Of a stretch of DNA of 64,000 nucleotides, positions 46,517 to 57,328 are shown one piece after another. The position numbers were made by a program, and so were the translations under genes. The notes beneath the pieces are model-generated. The model saw only the letters and a list, made by a program, of their open reading frames with translations, had not been told where the DNA came from and did not search any database. The number at the start of each line of letters is the position of its first letter. Positions within the stretch are counted from its first letter, which is position 1. Source of the stretch: Candidatus Babelota bacterium (GTDB lineage: Bacteria > Babelota > Babeliae > Babelales > CAIQNR01); the NCBI GenBank assembly GCA_965658655.1, contig CBFHTA010000001.1:392722-456721 (forward strand), in the 5' to 3' direction.

Positions 46517-46888
46517 ATGATTAATAAGCATATGTACTTGCTTCTGGCGTTGGTGGTTTCTTTTGGTTCTTTGCATTCGCAGGCTCCAAAGAGTAAGAAA
46601 AGTTCTTATGTAGTACGTAAATCACAGCAACTAAAAGATTTTTTATATGATCAAAGAGAAGAAATAGTAGCGGTAACCGTGGGAGCAATAGCTTTATATG
46701 CTTATACTTCTTATGTTTTTGGTTCTTCCAAAAGTTTTGTAGGTCTTGATTCTTATCATGGCTCTGAGAATGCCCATTCTCATGATCATTCAAATACTAA
46801 AGCTCATCACCATCATCATCATGGTCATGGTTGCTCCGCTGGTTGTAATGGTCACCATCACAACCAATCGTTTTCATTTCGCTTATAA
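46517..46888 (+). CDS. Secreted/membrane protein with His-rich, CSAGC C-terminal tail
   Basis: Signal peptide, one TM, AHSHDH..HHHHHHGHGCSAGCNGHHH. Confidence 0.75.
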   Translation: MINKHMYLLLALVVSFGSLHSQAPKSKKSSYVVRKSQQLKDFLYDQREEIVAVTVGAIALYAYTSYVFGSSKSFVGLDSYHGSENAHSHDHSNTKAHHHHHHGHGCSAGCNGHHHNQSFSFRL

Positions 46889-46999
46889 TAATCATTAAGG
46901 TCTAGATCGCACCATTTACACAATAGTAAAATTCTTTTTTTCTGATACAATTCCCTCTGTATTTAAGCTTATTAACACCAAATGTTCATGAGGAGAATT

Positions 47000-47632
47000 A
47001 TGAATAAAAGAAGTTTCTTAGTTGTTGGTTTATTATTTTCGATGAATGGAGTTTATGCGGGACAAGTTGGTACTGCAGCAGATCTTGAATCTATGAAATC
47101 TATAGTAAATGATATTGCAGACGAAGCTGCTCGTAAATATGCAGAAAATATTGTGAATGAAATTCTATCTGGTAATGAATCAGCGATTGATTCTTCCTTT
47201 AGTTCTATTCCCAAACAGTTTCAAGGCGATAAAGAAAAGATCTTTAACTATGTTCTAGAAACTCTTGATGAAAGATCTAGTAATGAGCAACGAGACGTAT
47301 TTGCTCCTGCTATTGCCAAAAAAGCGCTTGTTGAATCTCATAAAGAAGCTATTCTCACTCCAAACCCGCTATTAACTAGATGGGAATGTGCCAAATCATG
47401 GGCATGGGATAATCGAGAGACCTTACAAGCTGTAGGTGTTTTAGCCTTAGTATTCATAGCAGGAAGAGTAACTGCTCCCGATAACAAATTTCCAACTGCA
47501 GCACAGAATGCAGCAGAAACGCGAACAACGCTTACTACTGGCGATAATTGTTTAAAAATAGATATTATCACAGCTATTAATGAGGTAAAAGAAGCTATTA
47601 TTGCTGCTCAGGATCCAGGAGGCAGTGTCTAA
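47000..47632 (+). CDS. Hypothetical secreted protein with one TM
   Basis: AGGAG SD; MNKRSFLVVGLLFSMNGVYA signal peptide. Confidence 0.75.
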   Translation: MNKRSFLVVGLLFSMNGVYAGQVGTAADLESMKSIVNDIADEAARKYAENIVNEILSGNESAIDSSFSSIPKQFQGDKEKIFNYVLETLDERSSNEQRDVFAPAIAKKALVESHKEAILTPNPLLTRWECAKSWAWDNRETLQAVGVLALVFIAGRVTAPDNKFPTAAQNAAETRTTLTTGDNCLKIDIITAINEVKEAIIAAQDPGGSV

Positions 47633-47658
47633 TTCGTATTCTATAGATAATATATTTT

Positions 47659-47688
47659 AAAAAGGCTGTCTTTGTGGCAGCTTTTTTT
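47659..47688 (+). terminator. Intrinsic terminator
   Basis: AAAGGCTGTC-TTTGT-GGCAGCTTTTTTT. Confidence 0.7.
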
Positions 47689-47718
47689 ATATTTTAATTT
47701 TTAAAATTGGGAGCTATC

Positions 47719-48012
47719 ATGAAAAAATCTTTGTTATTGTTTAGTCTTGTGTGGGGTGGTGGAGTAATGACAAAGCAAACTCAAAAGGACGACACAACGT
47801 TTTTAGAACAGGTAGACCATATTACAGATACTCGTAAGGTACAAAAAGAGGGAAGAGCTAACGTTTCCGATGTACGAGTTGCGGTAGATATTGCGAGTGG
47901 TCGGTATGAAGAAGAGGCTGATAAACAGTGGTGGGATAAATATCCTCTTTCTTTTGGGACTCTTTGTTTTGTAGGTGGGCTGATTACTACACGTATTTTG
48001 AACTCTTTGTAA
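47719..48012 (+). CDS. Hypothetical protein (signal peptide and C-terminal TM)
   Basis: GGAG SD; MKKSLLLFSLVW leader. Confidence 0.7.
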   Translation: MKKSLLLFSLVWGGGVMTKQTQKDDTTFLEQVDHITDTRKVQKEGRANVSDVRVAVDIASGRYEEEADKQWWDKYPLSFGTLCFVGGLITTRILNSL

Positions 48013-48056
48013 TCCCTGGTATACTCTTTTAATATAACTTCTAGAAGGGTGTATTC

Positions 48057-48782
48057 GTGTTGAAAATAAATAATCTCTCTGTTTCGATTGGCAACAAGAA
48101 GCTTATCAATAATGTTTCTCTGAGGCTCGATCCGGGAACAGTTCATGCTTGCATGGGTCCTAACGGTTCAGGTAAAAGTTCTCTAGCCTCTACCTTGATG
48201 GGTCATCCAAACTACACAGTTACTCAAGGATCGATCTATTTAAATGAAACAGATCTTACTAGTCTCTCAGTAGATAAACGAGCAAAAGCAGGCTTGTTTT
48301 TGAGTTTGCAGCAGCCTTACGAAATTCCTGGGGTTATTCTTAGCACATTTTTACGCGAATCTTTTTGTGCAATGTATCCCGATGCATCTTTAGACTTGTA
48401 TCTTGATCGTTTGGCAAATGCTTGCAATGTGCTGAAGTTCGAACGTTCTTTTCTTGATCGAGCGGTACACGAAGGCTTTTCTGGTGGAGAAAAAAAACGG
48501 TGCGAAATGTTACAGCTTTTGCTTCTTCAGCCAAAAGTGGTATTGCTAGATGAAATCGATTCTGGTCTTGATGTAGACGCGCTCAAGTTGGTAGCTGCAG
48601 GATTGCATGAATTCAAAAGGCAAAGCCCTAATTCTATTATATTTTTGATCACGCATTATCAACGTATTCTCGATTACATTACTCCCGATGTGGTGCACAT
48701 TTTGCAAGATGGTATTCTTAAGCAATCAGGTGATGCATCGTTGGTTAAACGAGTGGAGCGGTATGGCTACAAAGAACTTTGA
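48057..48782 (+). CDS. sufC: Fe-S cluster assembly ATPase
   Basis: [38 protein letters not shown]. Confidence 0.96.
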   Translation: MLKINNLSVSIGNKKLINNVSLRLDPGTVHACMGPNGSGKSSLASTLMGHPNYTVTQGSIYLNETDLTSLSVDKRAKAGLFLSLQQPYEIPGVILSTFLRESFCAMYPDASLDLYLDRLANACNVLKFERSFLDRAVHEGFSGGEKKRCEMLQLLLLQPKVVLLDEIDSGLDVDALKLVAAGLHEFKRQSPNSIIFLITHYQRILDYITPDVVHILQDGILKQSGDASLVKRVERYGYKEL

Positions 48783-50100
48783 GGGTTTGAGCAAAGACGT
48801 TGTCGCTCGTATTTCAAAAGAAAAAAATGAACCACAATGGATGACAGACTTTCGTTTGCGATCACTCGAAATTTTTGAAAAAAAATCAATGCCACAATGG
48901 GGAGCAGATTTAAGTGAACTTAATCACGAGACAATTTGTTACTATTTAAACCCGGTAAAAAAACAATCAGATTCATGGGACACAGTTCCAGATTCTATTA
49001 AAAAAACATTCGAAGCTTTAGGAGTACCTCAAGCAGAGCGTTCTTTTTTGGCGGGGGTAGGAGCGCAATTTGAATCAGAAATTGTGTATCAAAATTTACA
49101 AAAAAAGTGGAAAGATCTTGGGGTTATTTTTTGTGACATAGAAACAGCTGTGCAAAAACATCCTGAGTTAGTACAAAAATACTTTGCCACCGTTATTCCT
49201 GCGCATGACAATAAATTTGCAGCTCTTAATTCTGCCGTCTGGAGCGGGGGAAGTTTTGTTTATGTTCCTGCAGGTGTGCGTATTGATATGCCCTTACAAG
49301 CATATTTTAGAATTGACGAAGAGCGTATGGGGCAATTTGAGCGAACACTTATTATTGCGGAACCAGGTAGTTATGTTCATTATGTGGAAGGGTGCAGTGC
49401 GCCGGTCTATCGATCAAGCTCTTTGCATAGTGCGGTAGTAGAGGTAGTTGCGTTAGAAGACGCACATGTACGGTATACTACCATTCAGAATTGGTCACAG
49501 AATGTGTATAACTTGGTGACAAAACGTTCTATTGCACATAAAAATGCAACGGTTGAGTGGGTTGATGGCAACTTTGGAAGCAAAGTAACCATGAAGTACC
49601 CGTGTATTGTATTAAAAGGTGAAGGAGCAAAAGGACAAATTATTTCTATTGCGGTTGCAGGAGAAGCGCAGCAACAAGATACTGGTGCAAAGATTATTCA
49701 TTTAGCATCTAATACAACTTCTAATGTTATTTCTAAGTCGATTAGCAAAAAGGGTGGCAGAACAAGTTATAGAGGATTGCTTAAAGTTGTTAAAGGCGCT
49801 AAAAACGTAAAAGCGCGGGTCCAGTGTGATGCTTTATTGCTTGATGACCAATCTCAAACAGATACGTATCCAACCGTTCAGGTACATGAGGAACGGACCG
49901 ACGTGGGGCATGAGGCATCGGTAAGTAAAATTAATGAAGAACAGTTATTCTATGCAATGAGCCGTGGATTATCTGAGCAACAAGCAAGAACCATGATTGT
50001 GAATGGTTTTATTGATGTGTTTGTGAAGGAGCTTCCTATGGAATATGCGGTTGAAATTAATCGTTTAATTGCACACGAAATGGAAGGTTCCATTGGATAA
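48763..50100 (+). CDS. sufB: Fe-S cluster assembly protein
   Basis: [45 protein letters not shown] 48763. Confidence 0.96.
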   Translation: MATKNFEGLSKDVVARISKEKNEPQWMTDFRLRSLEIFEKKSMPQWGADLSELNHETICYYLNPVKKQSDSWDTVPDSIKKTFEALGVPQAERSFLAGVGAQFESEIVYQNLQKKWKDLGVIFCDIETAVQKHPELVQKYFATVIPAHDNKFAALNSAVWSGGSFVYVPAGVRIDMPLQAYFRIDEERMGQFERTLIIAEPGSYVHYVEGCSAPVYRSSSLHSAVVEVVALEDAHVRYTTIQNWSQNVYNLVTKRSIAHKNATVEWVDGNFGSKVTMKYPCIVLKGEGAKGQIISIAVAGEAQQQDTGAKIIHLASNTTSNVISKSISKKGGRTSYRGLLKVVKGAKNVKARVQCDALLLDDQSQTDTYPTVQVHEERTDVGHEASVSKINEEQLFYAMSRGLSEQQARTMIVNGFIDVFVKELPMEYAVEINRLIAHEMEGSIG

Positions 50101-50752
50101 ACAGTATTTGCCGAAATCTGGTTTTATAACTATTACTGTGCCTGCAAACAGAATGCTTGAATTACATGAGCCTAAAGATGGGGATGAACTTTCGGTAAAA
50201 ATTATCTTAAAACCTAATGCGCAGGTAGTGTATGTAACCGGTTCGTTAAAAAAGGTACAGTTAGAAGTAGTCCTGGCAGAGCGTGCACGGTTTGAACAAA
50301 CCTTTTCTGCTACGCAACAAGAGCAACGTAAACAAAGTTTTATTCTAGAGGGTAAGCAATCGTCTGTTCAGATGTTAGGCTCTTATCTATTACAGAAAGA
50401 AATGAGTACTTTTGATGTGCTACAACTGCATAAAGCACCACAAACTACCAGTTCTGTAGAAGTAAAAACAGTGCTCGATGGTACTGCACAGTTTGAATAT
50501 AAAGGTATGATTAAGATTGACCAATCAGCGCCTGGTTCAACCGCTCATCAAGAAAATAAAAACTTAATTATTAGTGATCAAGCAAAAGCTCTTTCTGTTC
50601 CAAGCTTAGAAGCTCTTAATAATGATGTGCAGTGTGGCCATGGAAGTGCTATTTCTTATATAGATCAAGATCATCTTTTTTATTTAGCTTCACGTGGTAT
50701 TGCACATGCTGCAGCAAAAAAGATGATCGTTAAAGGTTTTATTTATTTTTAA
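50093..50752 (+). CDS. sufD: Short SufD-family protein
   Basis: [28 protein letters not shown]; likely TTG start after GGAAGG. Confidence 0.85.
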   Translation: MDKQYLPKSGFITITVPANRMLELHEPKDGDELSVKIILKPNAQVVYVTGSLKKVQLEVVLAERARFEQTFSATQQEQRKQSFILEGKQSSVQMLGSYLLQKEMSTFDVLQLHKAPQTTSSVEVKTVLDGTAQFEYKGMIKIDQSAPGSTAHQENKNLIISDQAKALSVPSLEALNNDVQCGHGSAISYIDQDHLFYLASRGIAHAAAKKMIVKGFIYF

Positions 50753-51078
50753 AGACCAGCGATCTCATTTTCTGTATGGCTTTATTCAGAAGCTTATTAG
50801 CTTTAATTGTTTCTAGAACCCATTTCCTCTCTTTTCTTTTTGTTAACGGTTTTGTGCTTCGTGCAAGTAGATTACCGTAGATTTTTCATGAATGTATAAC
50901 ACGACATAAAGGTATTTATAAGATCGTTAGTCTATTTTGAGCATAAATGAGTGTTAAGCTTAATCAGAACATAAGAGGCAATTGACAAATAAGCTGTAAG
51001 GATTATCATTAATAGTATGAATAGGAAGTAAAAATGAGCGTTTATTAAAAGAGGCGTTATCTTACCCTGGAGGCTTGA

Positions 51079-52284
51079 GTGATACATTTGAGAAAATTCT
51101 TTCCCATTTTTGCTCAGAAGCGTGAGCAGCCATTGATTTATTTCGATAATGCTGCAACTTCGCAAAAACCTCAGTCTGTTATAGATGCTGTTTCTCGTTT
51201 CTATACTTTTTCTAATGCAAATATGAATCGTGGTCTTTATGCTTTAGGCGAAAAAGCTACAGAGTCTTATGAATTTGTTCGTTTTAAAACTGCTCGTTTT
51301 CTAAATGCAGTTTCTTCTTCAGAAATTATTTTTACTCGTGGTACCACTGAGGGTATTAACACCGTAGTATATAGTTGGGGTGAACATGCTATTAAAGAGG
51401 GTGATGAGATTGTTATTTCACAACTTGAGCATCATTCTAATTTTGTGCCATGGCAACAACTTGCAAAACGTAAAAATGCGATCTTAAAAATTATTCCTGT
51501 TGATCGTGAAGGGGTGCTTGATCTGTCATCTTTGAATGATCTTATAACTGAAAAAACAAAGCTTGTTGCTATTACTCACGCTTCAAATGCGTTGGGTATG
51601 TATACAGATGTAAAAACTATTATTGCAGCTGCTAAAGAAGTAGGTGCGCGCGTTTGCATCGATGGCGCACAGGTTGCACCTTTTGAAGCACTTGATGTAC
51701 AAGATTTAGGGTGCGATTTTTATGCATTCTCTGGACACAAAATGTTAGCGCCAACCGGTGTGGGAGTTTTATACATTGCACGTTCTGCACAAAAAGAATG
51801 TATTCCTCATGTAACTGGTGGTGGTATGGTTTTTGATGTACATGAACAAGATAGTACTTTCTTAGCTGCTCCTACTTGTTTTGAGGCCGGTACTCCTCCT
51901 ATTGCGCAAGTAATTGGCTTTGGTGCTGCGCTTGATTTTCTTGCGCGTAATGATTTGTATGAAATCAAAAAACATTGTATTGGTTTAACTAAAAGAACCA
52001 TAACTGGTTTACAAAAACTTAAAAAAATTAAAATACTTGGTCCTGTTGAGCAACTTAAAGAATCTGCCCATTTGGTAAGTTTTATGGTTGATGGCATGCA
52101 TGCACACGATGTGGCCACCTACTTAGACCGTTATGGTATTTGTGTACGAGCTGGGCACCATTGTGCTCAACCGCTTGCTCGTCGTCTTGGATACGAATCT
52201 TCTGTTCGTATTTCTTTTTATCTCTATAATACTCAAGAAGAAGTTGATTACTTTTTAAAGGTTTTGAAACAACTTGTTGGTTAA
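51079..52284 (+). CDS. sufS: Cysteine desulfurase
   Basis: YFDNAATSQKP, EHHSN, FSGHKM, FEAGTP, RAGHHCAQP. Confidence 0.96.
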   Translation: MIHLRKFFPIFAQKREQPLIYFDNAATSQKPQSVIDAVSRFYTFSNANMNRGLYALGEKATESYEFVRFKTARFLNAVSSSEIIFTRGTTEGINTVVYSWGEHAIKEGDEIVISQLEHHSNFVPWQQLAKRKNAILKIIPVDREGVLDLSSLNDLITEKTKLVAITHASNALGMYTDVKTIIAAAKEVGARVCIDGAQVAPFEALDVQDLGCDFYAFSGHKMLAPTGVGVLYIARSAQKECIPHVTGGGMVFDVHEQDSTFLAAPTCFEAGTPPIAQVIGFGAALDFLARNDLYEIKKHCIGLTKRTITGLQKLKKIKILGPVEQLKESAHLVSFMVDGMHAHDVATYLDRYGICVRAGHHCAQPLARRLGYESSVRISFYLYNTQEEVDYFLKVLKQLVG

Positions 52285-52331
52285 TCTTTTCTTGTGTTAC
52301 ACTCCTGCTTTGTTTAATACAGAGGTTTGGT

Positions 52332-53270
52332 ATGTTACAACGTGGTACTTTACTCTCTTTTCTTTTGCTTCTTGTGGTTCATGCTCAAATAGTTCCACGA
52401 ACATGGACTGAGTTTTTTGTGCAAGATGCTAAAGATACCCTTTCTACTGGAATGCCCATTGCAATGAGTGCAGCAGTTTTATGGTATTGGGCTAATATGG
52501 TTCCTAATGATTGGTATACCGTAGAAGGTCCAGCATCAGATTTTATTTATGATACATGGAATCAGCAAGGATTTACAAAAAGTAAATCGATTATTTTAAA
52601 CCGTATTCCTCCCAATTCTGTATTCGGGAAAATGGTGGTGTATACACAGGAGCTTCCACGTTCTGTTGCGGTTGGAGAACCTTTTATTAAGCGCATTGAA
52701 AAACTCTTAAAGCAAAAACAAAATCTTTTAACTCAACTCAATACGCCGGAACGTACACGCAAACTACAAGAAGTAGAAGATGAACTTGATGAGTGCCGAT
52801 TTGTTTGTGGGCATGAGCGAGTACATAAAGAGCGAAATCATACATATAAATTTTTGGTATTACAGTTTATGGCTCCTTTTTTTATTTATAGCGGGCTTAA
52901 GCATGCACGTGCAGTTATGGTACACAACAATTGGAAAACTCCTTTTGAATGGTCTTTCTCTCGAGGAATTACTCGTTCCTCTGTTGAAATTTTAGTAGGG
53001 CTTATTTTTGCACGCTATGTGGAATGTAAGGCAGATATGTATGCCTCGAATGACATTAAAGTATTGCGAGCAGGTTTGCGTTTATTTGAAAAAGCTCAGA
53101 AGTATAAAGAAGAGAATCCTGCAAAGAAGCCAAGTCAGTATGTTGAGAAAATTTTAAAATGGATTTTTCAGTATGCGCATCCAACACTTATTGAGCGCAT
53201 TGTATATATGAAAAAACGTATTGAGTATTTAGAAAGAAGAGAGAGCAGAGAAAAAATTTCCGCTCTCTGA
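52332..53270 (+). CDS. M48-like zinc metalloprotease
   Basis: GHERVH (HExxH), ECKADMYA, HPTLIERI. Confidence 0.75.
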   Translation: MLQRGTLLSFLLLLVVHAQIVPRTWTEFFVQDAKDTLSTGMPIAMSAAVLWYWANMVPNDWYTVEGPASDFIYDTWNQQGFTKSKSIILNRIPPNSVFGKMVVYTQELPRSVAVGEPFIKRIEKLLKQKQNLLTQLNTPERTRKLQEVEDELDECRFVCGHERVHKERNHTYKFLVLQFMAPFFIYSGLKHARAVMVHNNWKTPFEWSFSRGITRSSVEILVGLIFARYVECKADMYASNDIKVLRAGLRLFEKAQKYKEENPAKKPSQYVEKILKWIFQYAHPTLIERIVYMKKRIEYLERRESREKISAL

Positions 53271-53288
53271 AAGAATAGGTGTTTTTTA

Positions 53289-53825
53289 TTAGAGTGCGCC
53301 GTGCAATTCCAATTGCTGTCTCACTGATCCAAAATTGAAATCAGAACACAGAATACCTTTGGTAATCCCTGCGTATTCCGCGGCTTTTAGATTAATTTTT
53401 TGGTCGTCTATAAATACTGTGTTGCGAGCATCAAGGCGATGCTTGGTTAAAAGATAATTGAAGATACGAGGGTCTGGTTTACTGATGCCAATTTTACTAC
53501 TTAAAATAATATCTTCAAAATAATTAAAGAGACGCGCAGATTGCGGATCTGCAGAAAGAAAATCGAAACTTTCTTCACTTAAATTAGAAATAATAAAAAG
53601 TCTGTGTCCGTTTTTAATGCAGTCGAATAATAAACGTGTGCTTACGGTAGGATTAATTGGTTTCAATGCGCAGGCAAATCTATTTTGTACAGAGCAGGGC
53701 TTACTGGTATGCGTTTCAAAAAGAACACCACTTAAATCAAAAATTATATTCATAGGTTTGGCGTTATTTTGACTGACAAATGGAATAAGACCGGCGGCTA
53801 AATTACTTTGCGATTGAACTTGCAT
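53289..53825 (-). CDS. HAD family phosphatase
   Basis: IIFDLSGVL, IISN, SKPDPRIF, VFIDD. Confidence 0.88.
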   Translation of the reverse strand: MQVQSQSNLAAGLIPFVSQNNAKPMNIIFDLSGVLFETHTSKPCSVQNRFACALKPINPTVSTRLLFDCIKNGHRLFIISNLSEESFDFLSADPQSARLFNYFEDIILSSKIGISKPDPRIFNYLLTKHRLDARNTVFIDDQKINLKAAEYAGITKGILCSDFNFGSVRQQLELHGAL

Positions 53826-54003
53826 TATAAGAGACTCCCCTAAATTTTTTAAACATTACTATATTACGAACATAGCTAACATTCAAACTATTGCAATACG
53901 TTTGAGCAATTTTCTTATAGCCATTTTTGGCTATTGTTCTTGCGTAAGCTTGGCAGGTTAATTATTAAAATATTTTTTTCTATTTGAATGCATCGTTGAG
54001 CTG

Positions 54004-54819
54004 CTAAAATTTTAACCATCTTTTCTTTTTTTCTTTTTTAGTATTGTTGACAGGCACTTTTTGAAATCTATTTGAAGCAGCCTCAAGTTCATCAGCCATT
54101 CGTGTGAGTTCATTTACTGGGGGTGCAGTCTCTATTTTACTTTTAATATGTGCAAGAGCCGTTTCGTTTGTCAGTGCTGTGGTATCGCCCAACTCTTTAC
54201 GTGTTTTCATAAGAGTTGCTTGTATTGATTCAATCTGATCTTTAAGCACGGTAATTTGACTGAGAGGTGTTGTGTCGTCTCCCATGTCCTCTACAATAGT
54301 TGTTACTGCAGCTTCAACACTAGAAATTGCTTTTCGTGCATGTACTGAATTGTCCAGCGCCGCTGCAATTTTTGGTCCCCATGTATCCATCTTACTTTCT
54401 AGTTCTGTTTGGTGTTCTTGCACTTCTTTTATTACTGGAAGTAATTCTTTAAGTACTTTTGAAGATTGTAACATGTCTTCAGTTGCCTTTTCACGAAGGC
54501 TCCATTCTTCAAGCTTATCTCTTAATACCCAGATTCCGCCTGATCCAGCAATAATTCCAATTGTTCCTAGTATTACATATGAAGTTCCGTCACGGTGAAA
54601 AAGCTGGGGGAACATTTCTTGAAAGATACCAGTTCTAGAAAATCCATAAGCTCCGGCAGTAATTATTCCTGTAGTTCCTGCTTTTTTTAATTGTTGTCTG
54701 CCTCTGTGAACTGAGTGTTTATTGAGTGTTTCTTCGAGCGTGAGGCCTTGGGGTTTCTCAAGTGGTTTTGCGCCGTAAAGTGGACTGAAAAAAGTGAAGA
54801 GTAAAAAGTATTTTTTCAT
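54004..54819 (-). CDS. Secreted/membrane coiled-coil protein
   Basis: Signal peptide, two Gly-rich hydrophobic segments, heptad-rich C-terminal half, basic tail. Confidence 0.75.
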   Translation of the reverse strand: MKKYFLLFTFFSPLYGAKPLEKPQGLTLEETLNKHSVHRGRQQLKKAGTTGIITAGAYGFSRTGIFQEMFPQLFHRDGTSYVILGTIGIIAGSGGIWVLRDKLEEWSLREKATEDMLQSSKVLKELLPVIKEVQEHQTELESKMDTWGPKIAAALDNSVHARKAISSVEAAVTTIVEDMGDDTTPLSQITVLKDQIESIQATLMKTRKELGDTTALTNETALAHIKSKIETAPPVNELTRMADELEAASNRFQKVPVNNTKKEKKKRWLKF

Positions 54820-54885
54820 AGAATCCCCGTTGATTTGGTTATTTTTAAGAAACTCGATTATACTTCTTACCAGAGGTACAAAACA

Positions 54886-55269
54886 ATGGACTATAAAAAA
54901 TTATATAATGAGCACCTTCTGGAGCATTATAATCATCCAAAAAATAAAGGTGTTCTCAAAAATGCTAACGCTAAATCGGGGGTGTATAATCCTTCGTGCG
55001 GTGATTCAATTGCTATGCAAGGTCTAATCAAAGAAACTGTCCTTGTTGAGTGCAAGTTTGAGGCGAGTGGTTGTGTGATCAGTTGTGCTGCGGCGTCTAT
55101 GATTGTAGATGCAAGTATTGGTAAAACTATGGATCAGATTATGGCGTTCGATAAACAAATAGTGCTAGATTTGTTACAACTTGACCTTGGCCCAACTCGA
55201 CTCCGTTGTGGCCTCTTGGCGCTCGAAGCCCTTCACAATGCAATCAAGGAGTATCAAAAAGGAGAGTAA
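54886..55269 (+). CDS. Fe-S scaffold, SufU/IscU family
   Basis: LEHYNHPKN, NPSCGD, GCVISCAAAS, RLRC. Confidence 0.92.
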   Translation: MDYKKLYNEHLLEHYNHPKNKGVLKNANAKSGVYNPSCGDSIAMQGLIKETVLVECKFEASGCVISCAAASMIVDASIGKTMDQIMAFDKQIVLDLLQLDLGPTRLRCGLLALEALHNAIKEYQKGE

Positions 55270-56394
55270 ATGCTCAATCGGACAAAAGTATTGCAAGAGC
55301 TGCAAGCAGTGTCTGACAAGTTATTTCTCGATCTTTCTAAACAACAAGAAATTGCCCGTAAAGCATGGCATCAACTTTCTGAAGATGTTCTCTTTCAGCA
55401 AAAGTGCAAGGCTGCATCATTACCATGGCCCACTCCAACCTGGCAGGGTAAACCAAACGTTTCTTATCCTGTTTCTTCTATCAATCAAGACTACCAGGTT
55501 GTTTCGGTTGATGGCTCTCAAATTTATCCAGATAAACACCAAGGCATTAGTTGTTTCTTGCTCAATATTGGTACTGTTGTTTTACGGTATGGAGCTACAG
55601 TTGGTAAAGCAACGTTTTCTTCTGAACCATCGCTTTTTGTAGAGCAAGATTTTGAGACAGAAATGAGTGGTGCTGTAGATATCGTTAATTGCAAACGCGA
55701 GGAGTTTGAGTTTCAAAAGGGGCTTGAGCAATGTGTGCAGCTTAAGCAAACATTTCCTAATCTTCCGTTACTCTTTTTATTTGATGGTTCGTTAATCTTT
55801 TGGCATTTAGAAAGCAAAGACCCTGTTGTGAAAAATTATTTTCTTAAACGTTATGCTGAATTATTACAGCAATTCTATGAGCACGACATTGCTATTGCGG
55901 GGTATATTAGTTTGCCTAAAAGCAAAGAGTTGGTTGGGTTAGTACGTGCTCAGGTAAGTAATTTTTCTGCTTCTGCTATGCAAAAACTTGAAGCGGTAAA
56001 GCATATTTCAGATGGATCTGTAGCTCGTTTTTTTCTAGAACCAGATACGTACTCAACTACATTTGAGAATCATGCATCGGTTTCAGAAACGTATGCTCCG
56101 CATTTAAAACCACATTTTCTTTATTATCACACAGGTTCAGAGATTGCGCGTATAGAACTTCCTGGGTATATGGTGCATCAGGAACGTGTAGCCCAGGTAA
56201 TGAGTTTAATAGCTAATCAAGTACGTAAAGGTAATGGGTATCCAGTGGCCATTGCAGAAGCACATGAGCAAGCGGTGGTTAAAGGACCAGATAGAGAGTT
56301 TTTTTATGCTGCGATAGAAAAGGTGGGGATTGAACATAAAAAGCGTGTTATTCCCTCACAAAAAAGTACAAAAAAAAGAAGGATGACAATATGA
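55270..56394 (+). CDS. nurA: NurA family nuclease
   Basis: VSVDGSQ, LFDGSL, ARIELP, GYPVAIAEAHEQAVV. Confidence 0.85.
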   Translation: MLNRTKVLQELQAVSDKLFLDLSKQQEIARKAWHQLSEDVLFQQKCKAASLPWPTPTWQGKPNVSYPVSSINQDYQVVSVDGSQIYPDKHQGISCFLLNIGTVVLRYGATVGKATFSSEPSLFVEQDFETEMSGAVDIVNCKREEFEFQKGLEQCVQLKQTFPNLPLLFLFDGSLIFWHLESKDPVVKNYFLKRYAELLQQFYEHDIAIAGYISLPKSKELVGLVRAQVSNFSASAMQKLEAVKHISDGSVARFFLEPDTYSTTFENHASVSETYAPHLKPHFLYYHTGSEIARIELPGYMVHQERVAQVMSLIANQVRKGNGYPVAIAEAHEQAVVKGPDREFFYAAIEKVGIEHKKRVIPSQKSTKKRRMTI

Positions 56395-56705
56395 AGAAAA
56401 GAGTTATAGTAGGTTTACTCGCATTTTTATTAACTTTTGGAACTCACATAAAAGCAATTGGCCTGCTTGATTTGTGTGCAACGTGTGTGGTGGCAAGCTA
56501 TGGATACCATGGATGGTGTTATTGGGCTAACGCACAACATGGCAAACCTTCCTCAGAAATAATAAAAGAGCTTCGAGCTTGCTTATCTGCTTTAAAAGAA
56601 AAAGTAAGTAAAGAGCAGCAAGATATAGAAGAGTGCCGAAAAACACTGTCGCATTTGCAAAAGGAATTAGAGTATTATAAAACTATGCTGGGTTTGAGAA
56701 AATAG
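56391..56705 (+). CDS. Hypothetical secreted coiled-coil protein
   Basis: Signal peptide; C-terminal heptads; ATGA overlap with nurA. Confidence 0.7.
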   Translation: MKKRVIVGLLAFLLTFGTHIKAIGLLDLCATCVVASYGYHGWCYWANAQHGKPSSEIIKELRACLSALKEKVSKEQQDIEECRKTLSHLQKELEYYKTMLGLRK

Positions 56706-56733
56706 AAATTCATAGGGTAATAAAGGGGAAAGA

Positions 56734-57192
56734 ATGAAAGGTTGTCTAGGGATAGTTTTATTATTACAAGTGTATTCATTACAGGGCGTAAATCTCTTTG
56801 ACAAAGAAGCTAAGCCTTTATTATCAAAACAAAAATATACTCAGTTAGTACCAATTCCTGTTTCTGATGGATGTTATTATGTGCCTAAAAATCAAGCAAG
56901 AAAGGGTCTTCTTTGGACACGGAAAAAAGAGTTTCAAGCAACAGAAGATTTAAGTAGCGGACAGTCGGTATTGCATAAACTTGCGAGCCTAGTTGGGGGC
57001 GTTAACAAAAATATGAGAAAAATAGATGCCTTCGAGAACACGGTAACTCAACTTCGAGGCGAAAATGAGCAGCTTTCAAAAAGAGTAATAGAGCTTGAAA
57101 AAAAAGTAGTTACTATAAAGTCAGAACAAGATTTAGAAACCATTCAATTGGCATTTTTATTTCCTGAGTACGGCAAAGAACAATCCACTTGA
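56734..57192 (+). CDS. Hypothetical secreted coiled-coil protein
   Basis: Signal peptide; VTQLRGENEQLSKRVIELEKKV. Confidence 0.7.
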   Translation: MKGCLGIVLLLQVYSLQGVNLFDKEAKPLLSKQKYTQLVPIPVSDGCYYVPKNQARKGLLWTRKKEFQATEDLSSGQSVLHKLASLVGGVNKNMRKIDAFENTVTQLRGENEQLSKRVIELEKKVVTIKSEQDLETIQLAFLFPEYGKEQST

Positions 57193-57328
57193 CCTACTGG
57201 CCTTTCTTATTATAAGATCCTATGCATTCTTAACTTATTAAAAAATGTAATAACGGAAGGACCAAAGGCACGGAATTCTGGGTGGGGTGGGGTAAAGTAC
57301 TGATATTTTTTATAACAAAAGGAACGCA

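Noticed and set aside
50753..51078. Possible decayed - strand gene between sufD and sufS
   Set aside because: Only short open fragments (e.g. IYGNLLARSTKPL...) without a clear start or recognisable homology; cannot be supported without a search.
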